Shown here: one piece after another, positions 29,118-38,655 of the stretch
How the letters are laid out: every line of letters starts with the position of its first letter
Position numbering within the stretch: the first letter of the stretch is position 1
Source of the DNA: a virus
DNA length: 64,000 nucleotides
Virus record (IMG/VR): IMGVR_UViG_3300027770_000032
Reading direction: 5' to 3' (one strand)
Notes under the pieces: model-generated
The model's input: only the letters and a program-made list of their open reading frames with translations
What the model was told of the DNA's origin: nothing
Database searches by the model: none
Program-made: the position numbers and the translations under genes

Positions 29118-29146
29118 TGTACAGAAAGTAGCAAATGCAGTATATT
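29118..29146 (+). promoter_or_regulatory. Early/middle-type promoter
   Basis: TGTACA-N17-TATATT. Confidence 0.6.
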
Positions 29147-29161
29147 AAAATAGATAACGAT

Positions 29162-29323
29162 ATGTGGGACGATCTTAGCAAAATTTGGTTTGTTCATAAG
29201 CATGAAACAAATCCAAACTCGACTGCTGTAAAACTTACGATTGAAGACACCAAAACAGGTGAAATTCAAACGCGAACTGTTCCTCAAAACCAAATTGAGT
29301 GGCTCGAACCGAAGGACTTTTAA
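29162..29323 (+). CDS. Hypothetical protein
   Basis: Start revised to lie downstream of the promoter. Confidence 0.5.
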   Translation: MWDDLSKIWFVHKHETNPNSTAVKLTIEDTKTGEIQTRTVPQNQIEWLEPKDF

Positions 29324-29868
29324 TGCTATATACGGGATCGGGAAATATACCTCATCATATCTATTGTTGGGTAGATTCTTCGTTCATTCGTAAAGATGCC
29401 AAACCAAATACGTTCGAACCGTGTGTATGGTTTGCACTTCATGCCAAAGCTGGACATTCTTGGGGTTGTCATGTCATGTTGGAATGTGGAGCAGTTTGGC
29501 GTGGAGTTCCTCCTCATGCCTTGGCATTTTCTCCAAATCCTGAGAAAACTTGGCATCTTGAAGATACACAGATATGGGATTGCTATGGCGATCAGTTTTC
29601 TGTTTTAATATATAGTTATCTACATAGCCAACAAGCAGAAATTCGAAAGAGCGGCCTTTTTGGTCGTTATCTTTTTACAGTGGTTCCAATGCATGATGGA
29701 TATTCACAAGATCCTTCTCAATCGAAGGAATTTATGTTTATTCAATTAGATAATGGCAGACTAACTATTATGCCTACCAATGAACTTCGATTCCATGATA
29801 AATCATATACCGAAGGCGATTGGCCGAAAGATATTAAACTAAACACCAGTACTTGGAGAGTTGAATGA
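29323..29868 (+). CDS. Hypothetical protein
   Basis: AAGGA RBS; QIWDCY, LDNGRL motifs. Confidence 0.7.
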   Translation: MLYTGSGNIPHHIYCWVDSSFIRKDAKPNTFEPCVWFALHAKAGHSWGCHVMLECGAVWRGVPPHALAFSPNPEKTWHLEDTQIWDCYGDQFSVLIYSYLHSQQAEIRKSGLFGRYLFTVVPMHDGYSQDPSQSKEFMFIQLDNGRLTIMPTNELRFHDKSYTEGDWPKDIKLNTSTWRVE

Positions 29869-30938
29869 CCGTTTTTTCAAACGAAATGTTTGATGCTACA
29901 GAACAGAATTGTTTCTTCGGAAAACAAGTAAACATTGCTCGTTACGATAAGCAACGTTATAACATCTTCGAGAAGCTGACAGATAAGCAACTTGGATTCT
30001 TTTGGAGACCAGAAGAAGTTGATCTGTCAAGAGACGGTAAAGACTTTAAAGGGTTAACCGACCATGAAAAGCACATCTTCACAAGCAATCTCAAAAGACA
30101 GATTCTTCTTGACTCTGTTCAAGGACGTGCGCCTAGCTTGGCGTTTCTACCAATTTGTTCGCTCCCCGAACTCGAAACCTGGATCCAAACATGGACATTT
30201 TCCGAAACGATTCATAGTCGATCCTACACTCATATCATTCGAAACGTTTATTCAGATCCGTCAAGGGTATTTGACGAGATGCTCGACATTCAAGAAATAG
30301 CAGACTGTGCTTATGATATTAGCAAATACTATGATAACTTAATTAGTTTTAATGTCAGATGGAATGGTGATGTTGCACATTACGACCATAAGAAAGCCTT
30401 ATGGCTTTGTCTGAATGCTGTGAATGCTTTAGAAGGAGTAAGGTTCTATGTCTCGTTTGCGTGTAGCTGGGCTTTCGCCGAAGTTAAGAAAATGGAGGGT
30501 AACGCCAAGATCATCAAGCTCATCGCGCGGGACGAGAACGTTCACCTTGCCTCGACACAACAGCTCCTCAAAATTCTACCGAAAGAGGATCCAGACTTTG
30601 CTCGCATACAAGAAGAGACACGAGATGAGTGTATCGGCATGTTTTATCGCGTGGTCGACCAAGAGAAAAGTTGGGCATCTTACCTTTTCCAGAATGGTTC
30701 TATGATTGGTCTGAATGAAGAACTTCTTTGTAATTATGTCGACCATATTGCTGCAAAACGAATGGGTGCTATCGGCTTGAATGGCAAACCTGGAGCGAAT
30801 CCTTTGCCATGGACACAGAAGTGGATTTCAGGTTCTGATGTTCAAGTTGCCCCGCAAGAAACAGAAATTACTAGCTATGTGATTGGTGGAGTGAAAAAAG
30901 ATGTTGATGAAAACACGTTCAAAGGATTTACGTTATAA
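29865..30938 (+). CDS. nrdB: Ribonucleotide reductase beta subunit
   Basis: FFWRPEE, ETIHSRSY, LEGVRFY, RDENVH, VAPQETE. Confidence 0.97.
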   Translation: MTVFSNEMFDATEQNCFFGKQVNIARYDKQRYNIFEKLTDKQLGFFWRPEEVDLSRDGKDFKGLTDHEKHIFTSNLKRQILLDSVQGRAPSLAFLPICSLPELETWIQTWTFSETIHSRSYTHIIRNVYSDPSRVFDEMLDIQEIADCAYDISKYYDNLISFNVRWNGDVAHYDHKKALWLCLNAVNALEGVRFYVSFACSWAFAEVKKMEGNAKIIKLIARDENVHLASTQQLLKILPKEDPDFARIQEETRDECIGMFYRVVDQEKSWASYLFQNGSMIGLNEELLCNYVDHIAAKRMGAIGLNGKPGANPLPWTQKWISGSDVQVAPQETEITSYVIGGVKKDVDENTFKGFTL

Positions 30939-31075
30939 TGGATTGGATTACTTGCCCTTCGTGTGACGAAGAATTTAAAATAATTACTGAGAGTACAACT
31001 CTACCTGAATATTGCCCATACTGTTCCGCAGAGCTTGATCTTGAAGATCCATTCGACGAAGAATATGAAGAATAA
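30938..31075 (+). CDS. Small Zn-ribbon protein
   Basis: Manually read: CPSC...CPYC with an acidic tail. Confidence 0.65.
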   Translation: MDWITCPSCDEEFKIITESTTLPEYCPYCSAELDLEDPFDEEYEE

Positions 31076-31105
31076 ATAGATCTTTCTCCTAATGGAATGT
31101 GATCT

Positions 31106-31525
31106 ATGTGGTTATACGAAGACAAAGAATTTATTGATGTCGAAGATTATTATGGTTTCATATATGTTATTGAAAACTTAATCAACGGCCGAAAATATAT
31201 TGGTCGCAAGTATCTGACTAAGGCCGGATACAAAACTGTCAAAGGCAAACGAAAGAAGCTCCGCGTAGAGTCCGATTGGCGAGACTACTACGGATCTTCG
31301 ACTTCCCTCAAAGAAGATATTGATCTCTACGGAAAAGATAACTTTCGTAGAACGATCTTAAGACTCTGTAAGGGTCGCGGAGAATGTAATTACTTTGAAA
31401 CGAAATATATATTTGATAACGATGCCATTTTAGATCCTCAGTATTATAATACTTGGGTGTCTTGTAAAATTCAAGCAAGCCACGTAAAGGCTTTACTTTT
31501 CAACCCTGAACAGGAGAATTTATGA
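31106..31525 (+). CDS. GIY-YIG family endonuclease
   Basis: GFIY...YIGRK...WRDYYGSS. Confidence 0.8.
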   Translation: MWLYEDKEFIDVEDYYGFIYVIENLINGRKYIGRKYLTKAGYKTVKGKRKKLRVESDWRDYYGSSTSLKEDIDLYGKDNFRRTILRLCKGRGECNYFETKYIFDNDAILDPQYYNTWVSCKIQASHVKALLFNPEQENL

Positions 31526-31526
31526 G

Positions 31527-31916
31527 GTGGGTAAGGTACTCGAACATAAGCATTTGATTGTAAGAGCAGAGCTCAAGAATCCTCCACAATGCACAGAAGC
31601 CATTGAAACGTGGATGAAAAAGCTCGTCAATCAAATTGATATGAAAATTTTAATGGGACCATATGCGGTGTATTCTGATATGGTTGGTAACCGTGGTTTG
31701 ACTGCCGTGACTATTATTGAGACGAGTCATATCGCTCTACATGTTTGGGATGAGTGTGAACCTGCGCTTGCTCAACTCGATGTATACACGTGCAGCGCTT
31801 TGAATACTAATGATGTCTTCGAAGCCATGAAAGAATGGGATCCTACTCAAGTCGAATATAAGTATATCGACAGAGAACATGAACTGTGTACATTAATTGA
31901 GAAACGTGTTATATAA
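31527..31916 (+). CDS. speD: S-adenosylmethionine decarboxylase
   Basis: HKHLIV, IETSHIALHVW (self-cleavage serine), LDVYTC. Confidence 0.8.
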   Translation: MGKVLEHKHLIVRAELKNPPQCTEAIETWMKKLVNQIDMKILMGPYAVYSDMVGNRGLTAVTIIETSHIALHVWDECEPALAQLDVYTCSALNTNDVFEAMKEWDPTQVEYKYIDREHELCTLIEKRVI

Positions 31917-31917
31917 T
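31887..31917 (+). promoter_or_regulatory. Early/middle-type promoter
   Basis: TGTACA-N17-TATATAAT. Confidence 0.55.
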
Positions 31918-31948
31918 AGTATATGAACAATAAAAATGAGGTATTATA

Positions 31949-32218
31949 ATGGGTAAAAAGAGAACACGTAAGACAGTTACTTCGAAAGGACAGCGTCGTA
32001 ATATCGTCGCCGGCGTAAAAGAAGTTCGTCAAGCGCGAAGTGAAGGAGAAGTTGCTTATAATAAACTCGAAGCGTGGCGCAAAGGACAGAATCCATGGAT
32101 TACTGTTCCTGGTCCAAGCACAAAGTGTCGCTTGATGAAAGTCAAAGCAAATGCCGTTTGGGGCAATCCAAAAAATCGTTCAACCGGTATTTACAGCAAA
32201 GTAACAAACGATGGTTAA
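31949..32218 (+). CDS. Basic hypothetical protein
   Basis: GAGG RBS; AWRKGQNPWIT. Confidence 0.7.
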   Translation: MGKKRTRKTVTSKGQRRNIVAGVKEVRQARSEGEVAYNKLEAWRKGQNPWITVPGPSTKCRLMKVKANAVWGNPKNRSTGIYSKVTNDG

Positions 32219-32465
32219 GAATGTATTGATCTATACGAAAGAAAATTGCCCTTATTGTACACAAGCAAAAAACTTGTTTACAAATAAAGGACAACAGTAT
32301 ATAGAGAAGAAGATAGGAAAAGATCTTACACGCGAAGAGTTTATGGAAAACTTTCCAGATGTAAGAACAGTTCCTTTTATTATTATTGACACAGAAAAGG
32401 TAGGTGGTTATGACAAACTCATTGAATGGTACGACAGACCAGAACGAAGCTTCTTGGCGGAATGA
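32211..32465 (+). CDS. nrdC: Glutaredoxin
   Basis: CPYC, TVP, GGY. Confidence 0.9.
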   Translation: MVKNVLIYTKENCPYCTQAKNLFTNKGQQYIEKKIGKDLTREEFMENFPDVRTVPFIIIDTEKVGGYDKLIEWYDRPERSFLAE

Positions 32466-32715
32466 ATACCTCAAAGGTATTCTTCAAACTGGAATCGCAA
32501 ATGTTACCTTCGTAAAGAAGGATGGCACAGAACGAGTTCTTCGTTGCACTCTGTCTCCGACACAACTTCCGGAACAGACTGATCTTGAAAAAGCTTTTAA
32601 ACAACAAAAGACTCCAAATCCAGATGTACTCGCTGTATGGGATCTCGAAAATAAGGGATGGCGTTCATTCCGTTACGACTCGATTCTCGGCTTTAGTATA
32701 GTACACGTCGAGTGA
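32410..32715 (+). CDS. SH3-like/WYL-related conserved T4-like protein
   Basis: FVKKDGTERVLRCTL...WDLENKGWRSFR. Confidence 0.7.
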   Translation: MTNSLNGTTDQNEASWRNEYLKGILQTGIANVTFVKKDGTERVLRCTLSPTQLPEQTDLEKAFKQQKTPNPDVLAVWDLENKGWRSFRYDSILGFSIVHVE

Positions 32716-33056
32716 TCTACATGGTCGATATTGATCAGACTATCTGTCTGACTCCTTTTATGGATGGAAAGCATCGATATGAACTTTCCATCCCATTTAG
32801 GCAGCGTATTGAAGAGATAAATAAACTATACGATCAAGGCCACACTATTAAGTATTGGACTGCTCGTGGTTCAGGATCGGGCATCGACTGGACTGAACTC
32901 ACTACACAACAACTAAATGATTGGGACTGCAAGTTTCACGAAGTTCGAGTCGGAAAACCGTCATACGATATATGGATCGATGACAAGGCTATCAGTGATA
33001 AGGATTTCTTTGCAATTGCAGACCGATCGATCTTTCCAGGATTTGAAGATGAATAA
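32712..33056 (+). CDS. Small HAD phosphatase (capsule-biosynthesis type)
   Basis: VDIDQT, WTARG, GKP, IDDKA. Confidence 0.8.
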   Translation: MIYMVDIDQTICLTPFMDGKHRYELSIPFRQRIEEINKLYDQGHTIKYWTARGSGSGIDWTELTTQQLNDWDCKFHEVRVGKPSYDIWIDDKAISDKDFFAIADRSIFPGFEDE

Positions 33057-34038
33057 TCAAGAACGAATTGAATTGAATGAACTGAATAAGGAATCGAATG
33101 GCGGAACAGAACTTACCACTCGAAATCTCTTCCATCGACTATCAAGTGATGAACTCGATGGTGTCCAAATTATCACTGCTCGCGTCCGCGACCTCGATCC
33201 TGACCGAATTAAGATCTATCATTTACATGATCTCGCCGGTGATCCGGAAGCTGCACATCTTCAAGATCCGACTTCTCGAGCTCGCTTTCAAAAGTTGGTC
33301 TTCAGCTCGAACTGGCAGTATCAACAGTATCGTGACTATCTTGGAATTCCATATAGCAATCATTCAACAGTTATCGAAACAGGCATCGAGCCTATTCCAC
33401 TCGTTGACAAACCAAAGGACAAGATACGCCTCATTTATACATCCACACCTCATCGTGGATTGGAGATTTTGGTTCCTGTCTTTTGTGCTCTTGCCGAAAA
33501 ATACCCCAATATTGAACTAGACGTGTTTTCTTCGTTCGGTATCTATGGTCCTGGATGGCAGGGACGCGACGAAGCGTACAAGCCTATCTTCGATCGGATG
33601 AAGGAGCACCCACAGATCAACTACCATGGATGGGCAGATCAAGAGACTGTTCGAGCTGCATATCAACGCGCACACATCTTTGCATATCCTTGTATCTGGC
33701 CTGAAACTTCTTGTCGTTCTTTGATTGAAGCGATGTCAGCTGGTTGTCTTGCGGTACATCCTAACTTCTCGGCACTGGCTGACACGTCGGGTGGGTTGAC
33801 TGTCCAGTATGATGGAGATCATGAGGATCAAAATCTCCATGCTAATATCTTTGCACATACTCTCATGTATGCCATCGAAAATGTTCAGAACAACGACATT
33901 ACTAATATGATGTCATTCGTCAAAGCATACGCAGACACTCGCTTCGGTTGGGATTCTGTCATTCCCAAGTGGAAGGGACTCATCGCTTCGTTAAAGGAAC
34001 AACACCGTGATATTGGCCAAGGCACCACTCAGAGTTAG
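33049..34038 (+). CDS. GT-B glycosyltransferase (GT4-like)
   Basis: GGTE, YTSTPHRGL, ETSCRSLIEAMSAG. Confidence 0.85.
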   Translation: MNNQERIELNELNKESNGGTELTTRNLFHRLSSDELDGVQIITARVRDLDPDRIKIYHLHDLAGDPEAAHLQDPTSRARFQKLVFSSNWQYQQYRDYLGIPYSNHSTVIETGIEPIPLVDKPKDKIRLIYTSTPHRGLEILVPVFCALAEKYPNIELDVFSSFGIYGPGWQGRDEAYKPIFDRMKEHPQINYHGWADQETVRAAYQRAHIFAYPCIWPETSCRSLIEAMSAGCLAVHPNFSALADTSGGLTVQYDGDHEDQNLHANIFAHTLMYAIENVQNNDITNMMSFVKAYADTRFGWDSVIPKWKGLIASLKEQHRDIGQGTTQS

Positions 34039-34957
34039 TTTTTTCGGTGGGGGTAGCGATATCCCCACGCACTTTGCAACATGGGGTGGAGCAACCATCT
34101 CAACGGCTATCGACAATTATGTCTATGTAGCAGTTATGCATACACCACACGACCACATTAAAGTGTCTTACTCAAAGCTTGAGTGCGTCACAGACGTCGA
34201 AGATATTCAGAACGAAATCGTTCGTAACGCGCTCAAGTTCTTCGGTATCAAATCCAACATCGAAATCACATCATTCGCAGACATTCCCACGATCGGTAAC
34301 GGTCTTGGTGGATCGTCTGCCTTTACTTGTGCCTTGATCAAGGCTTTGTCTGCCTATCTTGGTTATGAATACGTCAATCCATATGGCCTTGCGAAAACTG
34401 CTTGTCATATCGAGATTGACTTATGTGGTTGGAAGATCGGTATGCAAGATCAGTTTGCATCTGCATTTGGTGGTATGAATTACATTGAGTATGCTAATGA
34501 ACTTGGTAATGGTCGTGTAGATGTCAAGCGGCTTGATTCGAATAGTATCGAAAACTATATGATTTTGATTCCAACTAATATCGAACATCATGCAGCAAAG
34601 ATTCTTGATAAGATCAACTTTGAAGCCAAGACATTCGTTATTCGCCAACTCGCAGATATGGCAAAGATGCAGAGTACACAACGCGTGAATATCAACGAAT
34701 ATGGTGGATTATTAAACTCTGCGTGGATGTTAAAGAAACAGATGACTGAAGGCATCTCTTCAGAAGAGATAGATAGTATGTATGATCGATGCCAATCTGC
34801 AGGAGCACTCGGATCTAAACTGCTTGGTGCAGGAGGAGGCGGATACATGTTAGCACTCACAGATTCAAAGAGCGCAATTCGCCAAGAATTCTCAGATAGA
34901 ATATGCCTAGATGTAGGCATCTCACATGAAGGAGCAAAAGTTGTTTATAGAGACTGA
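34007..34957 (+). CDS. GHMP sugar kinase (HddA heptose-7-P kinase-like)
   Basis: APLRVSFFGGGSD, GLGGSS, GMQDQ, KLLGAGGGG. Confidence 0.85.
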   Translation: MILAKAPLRVSFFGGGSDIPTHFATWGGATISTAIDNYVYVAVMHTPHDHIKVSYSKLECVTDVEDIQNEIVRNALKFFGIKSNIEITSFADIPTIGNGLGGSSAFTCALIKALSAYLGYEYVNPYGLAKTACHIEIDLCGWKIGMQDQFASAFGGMNYIEYANELGNGRVDVKRLDSNSIENYMILIPTNIEHHAAKILDKINFEAKTFVIRQLADMAKMQSTQRVNINEYGGLLNSAWMLKKQMTEGISSEEIDSMYDRCQSAGALGSKLLGAGGGGYMLALTDSKSAIRQEFSDRICLDVGISHEGAKVVYRD

Positions 34958-35525
34958 TATCATACTTGATCACCTCGGCCTGATTAATATCGGCTTTGCT
35001 AGCATTGATCAAGAAGAATTTAAGAAAGCCGCCGAACTTATTTGGATGACCAGCATTTCCAATAATCGAAATAACATCTATACGATTGGTAATGGTGCTT
35101 CTGCTTCGATCGCTCAACATTGGGCATGTGACTATACCAAAGGTTGCAAGCAAGGTGGATTACGACCACGGGTCATCTCGCTAGCAGCAAATATTCCACT
35201 CATGACTGCCATCTCCAATGATATCAGCTATGACGATGTCTATTCGTTTCAACTCGAAGCGCTTGGTCAAGAAGACGATGTACTCGTAGCCATCTCTTCG
35301 AGTGGCAATTCTCCAAATGTTGTGAAGGCAATTGAGACTGCTAAGTCTTTGAATATGAAGACTATTGCATTGTCAGGATTTAAATCAGATAATAAATGTA
35401 CTCAACTTGCAGATATTTCTTTGCACGTTGACATTCAAGAATACGAAGCAGCAGAAGACGTCCATCAAGCCATTATGCATATGATTGCTAAATATATTCG
35501 AAACAGAAATAAGGTAACTATATAA
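34926..35525 (+). CDS. gmhA: Phosphoheptose isomerase (SIS domain)
   Basis: GNGASA, TAISND, ISSSGNSPNV, EDVH. Confidence 0.85.
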   Translation: MKEQKLFIETDIILDHLGLINIGFASIDQEEFKKAAELIWMTSISNNRNNIYTIGNGASASIAQHWACDYTKGCKQGGLRPRVISLAANIPLMTAISNDISYDDVYSFQLEALGQEDDVLVAISSSGNSPNVVKAIETAKSLNMKTIALSGFKSDNKCTQLADISLHVDIQEYEAAEDVHQAIMHMIAKYIRNRNKVTI

Positions 35526-36280
35526 TGTCAGAGCAACCAGTATCAATTCATCAAATTCAGGCTCAATTCGGCACAGACAGTGCAAACTACGAAGTACTCA
35601 CCGATGCAGCTATTCGATCAAAAGGAGTAGAAGGCGCAGCGGTTGAAGTTGGTGTTCGCCTCGGCGGAGGTTTAAAGTTTATCATCGACGGTCTTGTTGA
35701 GAGTGATCAAACTCCTGCAAAACCGGTCTTTGGTATCGATCCGTACGGTAACATCGAATACTATCGCGATGAGATCTTTAAGGAAGGGCGTTGCGACTAT
35801 AACAATGAAATGCGCGACATCTGCATGATCAATATGTATCTGTATTGTCGTCAGAAGAATGTGAATTTCTACATGTTCAATCTTGAAGATACAGAGTTCT
35901 TTAATCGCTATGCAGACGGTGTTCCTATCTATGCAGAGAATAAGAGTATTCTCAATAAATACAGCGTAGTTCACTTCGATGGTCCTCATACGCTCGAAGC
36001 GCTTGATACCGAGATTGCGTTTTTCCTTGAACGATCAGATCCTGGAGCTGTCTTCGTCTTTGATGACGTAGAGATGTACGAACATGATGCGATCCACGAT
36101 CAGTTGCTCGAGTATGGTATGGAAACGGCAATGGAAACTCCTCGTAAGTGGTCTTATGTGAAGAAGGAACATGTCGATAAAAAGTGGACACCGGTCGTTG
36201 GAACTCCTGGATGGGAACCAGATGCAACACAATATACTCCTAAAGCTGGGCCAATTTTTAATTATAAAATCGACCTATGA
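35525..36280 (+). CDS. Class I SAM methyltransferase (TylF/Methyltransf_24-like)
   Basis: EVGVRLGG, GIDPY, VHFDGPH, VFDD. Confidence 0.75.
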   Translation: MSEQPVSIHQIQAQFGTDSANYEVLTDAAIRSKGVEGAAVEVGVRLGGGLKFIIDGLVESDQTPAKPVFGIDPYGNIEYYRDEIFKEGRCDYNNEMRDICMINMYLYCRQKNVNFYMFNLEDTEFFNRYADGVPIYAENKSILNKYSVVHFDGPHTLEALDTEIAFFLERSDPGAVFVFDDVEMYEHDAIHDQLLEYGMETAMETPRKWSYVKKEHVDKKWTPVVGTPGWEPDATQYTPKAGPIFNYKIDL

Positions 36281-36289
36281 AAATAAACA

Positions 36290-36318
36290 TGTACAAATTA
36301 TCGAAACTGTAGTAGATT
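36290..36318 (+). promoter_or_regulatory. Early-type promoter
   Basis: AAATAAACA-TGTACA-N17-TAGATT. Confidence 0.7.
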
Positions 36319-36351
36319 GAATAATGCAAGAAGAAACTATAGGAGATAAGT

Positions 36352-37446
36352 GTGGTCATTAAGGTGAAAGCGAAACCAAAACAGATCTCTCGGTCGGCGA
36401 TCAAGTCGATCGATGACAAAGCCTATGGATCCGAGCCTGTAGTAATCTCAGGATTTTCTAATGCCTTGAATTGGTATAATTACATGGCATCTGATGATCA
36501 GTCACGCGACTGGTTCTTCACTTATGCCAAGCGTAGCTATACAAAGAATGAGCTTGCTCTCTTGCGCAAGTTACCAAAGTGGAGGATTTCGAAAACTCTT
36601 GGCAATATCGCTCGTATTCTCTTGAATGGTAATGAACTTCCAAAAGAGAATATGGACTACTTCGATAATGGTGTAAAAGATTTGCTAAAGCTTGCAAGTC
36701 AGATTGTCGAAGAAGACGAAGAAGCTGTCGCTGTCAAGGCTGTCGTTGATATTCAAGCCCGCGTTCGCGATAAGGCGCAGATGATCATTACCAATATCGA
36801 AGAAGAACTCGACCTTGTGATGGAAGGCAAGGCATTCTCGATGTACACCTTTTGTCAAGCGAACGAACTGAATGCTCAGATCTTAAACATCATATCAGAC
36901 TATTATCGTCCTCAGTATACTGAGATCATGTCGAATGACGAGCAAGTTCAAGAAGCATTTGGTAAACGTCTGAAGTTTTGGATTAACTTTTGGCAGAGTT
37001 TCTTCTCTGACATCGAACGTTATGTCAATAACAAGAAAGTGACAAAAGTTCGTAAGCCCCGTGAGAAGAAGGCGAAGTCTGCAGTTGATCTGGTCAAGAA
37101 CCTTAAATACCAGAAGGAAGAGCCTTCACTCAAGATTGTCTCTGTTCATCCAACAGAGTTAGTAGGATGTACGCAGCTATGGACTTACAATACCAAGTAT
37201 AAGAAACTCAGTCGCTATGACTCAGTTGGTCCAGCTGGAATCCAAGTAAAAGGCACTACGCTGATTGGATATGATGTTGAAACCTCTATGAGTAAAGGCT
37301 TACGCAAACCAGAAGCTTCGATACAAGCATTGCTTGGTGCTGGTAAAGTCAGCCTACGTAAGCTGATGGACGAGATCAAGACCGTGGAATCAAAGCCAAA
37401 TGGCAGAATCAATCAAGACACTATTCTACTAAGGGTGATTAAATGA
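36352..37446 (+). CDS. Conserved T4-like hypothetical protein
   Basis: GTG start with AGGAG; ALNWYNY, YNTKYKKL, NGRIN. Confidence 0.75.
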   Translation: MVIKVKAKPKQISRSAIKSIDDKAYGSEPVVISGFSNALNWYNYMASDDQSRDWFFTYAKRSYTKNELALLRKLPKWRISKTLGNIARILLNGNELPKENMDYFDNGVKDLLKLASQIVEEDEEAVAVKAVVDIQARVRDKAQMIITNIEEELDLVMEGKAFSMYTFCQANELNAQILNIISDYYRPQYTEIMSNDEQVQEAFGKRLKFWINFWQSFFSDIERYVNNKKVTKVRKPREKKAKSAVDLVKNLKYQKEEPSLKIVSVHPTELVGCTQLWTYNTKYKKLSRYDSVGPAGIQVKGTTLIGYDVETSMSKGLRKPEASIQALLGAGKVSLRKLMDEIKTVESKPNGRINQDTILLRVIK

Positions 37447-37793
37447 CGGACAACGTAATCGTATTTCCAGGCTTTCGTCGAGAAGATGCACCACCTCAGA
37501 ACTTGGACGAAATTCATGATAAGGTGACTCAGACTCGAAAAGATCATGTGACGGCTGTGATGAATGATATGATTCCTGATATAATTAATATGTTCGGAGC
37601 GTATGGCGTAGATATCAATGACGATAAATATGTAAAAGATGTTGCCTTAGTCATGGAAAGCATCAAAGCATTGTTACATCGGCAGTATAATCTCGAGCAT
37701 CCATTTCATAATATGTCTGACACCATATTTGAATTTAGATACAATGAAGATAATAGTATTGAATACACATATAATTTACCAGATGAAGAGTGA
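37443..37793 (+). CDS. Hypothetical protein
   Basis: DNVIVFPG. Confidence 0.7.
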   Translation: MTDNVIVFPGFRREDAPPQNLDEIHDKVTQTRKDHVTAVMNDMIPDIINMFGAYGVDINDDKYVKDVALVMESIKALLHRQYNLEHPFHNMSDTIFEFRYNEDNSIEYTYNLPDEE

Positions 37794-37802
37794 GAAATTG
37801 AA

Positions 37803-38654
37803 ATGATTATTATGGACCTTTCGCAGGTTATGATTTCCAATCTGATGATACAACTTGGAAACCACACGAATGCAAATATTGAAGAAGATCTTTTACGTCA
37901 TATGGTTCTCAATTCTGTGAGAGCTTATAACGTGAAGTTTAAGAATGAGTTCGGCGAGATGATTATTGCGTGCGATGCCGGTAATAATTGGCGCCGACAA
38001 ATCTTTCCTTACTACAAGGCCAATCGTCGGAAGAATCGCGAAAAGTCTGAGATCAACTGGACTTCTGTATTCGAGTCTCTGAATAAAGTTCGTGATGAAC
38101 TCAAGGATTACTTTCCTTATCGAGTACTTCGTGTTGATGGAGCCGAAGCTGATGATATCATCGGCACGCTTGCACAAACCTATGGCAATACCAACGAGAA
38201 GATCTTAATTCTTTCTGGTGACAAGGACTTTGTTCAACTTCAAGCTTACATGAACGTGCAGCAGTTTGATCCTGTACAAAAGAAGTGGCGCAAGACAAAC
38301 GATGTCGATAAGTTCATAAAAGAACATATCATTCGCGGCGATGCTGGTGACGGTGTTCCTAACTTCTTGTCAGCTGATGATACGTTCGTTGTCGGCGCAA
38401 GACAGAAACCTATTAGTCAGAAAAAATTAGATCAATGGCTCGATGCAGATCCGAAAGAATTCTGCGACGAGAAGATGCTGCGCGGCTATCTTCGCAATCA
38501 GCAGCTCGTTGATCTCAACTTCATTCCTCCTGATATTAAGAAGGAAGTGCTCGTGCAGTACGAGCAGCAAGCTGGTAAAGGAAGAGACAAACTCTTCAAC
38601 TACTTTATCGAACGTCGTCTCAAACTCCTATTAGAAAGCGTCAACGAGTTTTAA
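37803..38654 (+). CDS. rnh: RNase H / 5'-3' exonuclease
   Basis: YYKANR, EADDIIG, SGDKDFVQL, GDAGDGVPN. Confidence 0.93.
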   Translation: MIIMDLSQVMISNLMIQLGNHTNANIEEDLLRHMVLNSVRAYNVKFKNEFGEMIIACDAGNNWRRQIFPYYKANRRKNREKSEINWTSVFESLNKVRDELKDYFPYRVLRVDGAEADDIIGTLAQTYGNTNEKILILSGDKDFVQLQAYMNVQQFDPVQKKWRKTNDVDKFIKEHIIRGDAGDGVPNFLSADDTFVVGARQKPISQKKLDQWLDADPKEFCDEKMLRGYLRNQQLVDLNFIPPDIKKEVLVQYEQQAGKGRDKLFNYFIERRLKLLLESVNEF

Positions 38655-38655
38655 T

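Noticed and set aside
968-30938. Introns/inteins in gp43, gp41, thyX, nrdA or nrdB, or stop-codon recoding
   Set aside because: All are continuous and of normal length in the standard code
31106-31525. Mobile homing endonuclease
   Set aside because: Only a short catalytic GIY-YIG domain with no DNA-binding extension; more like a conserved stand-alone phage nuclease
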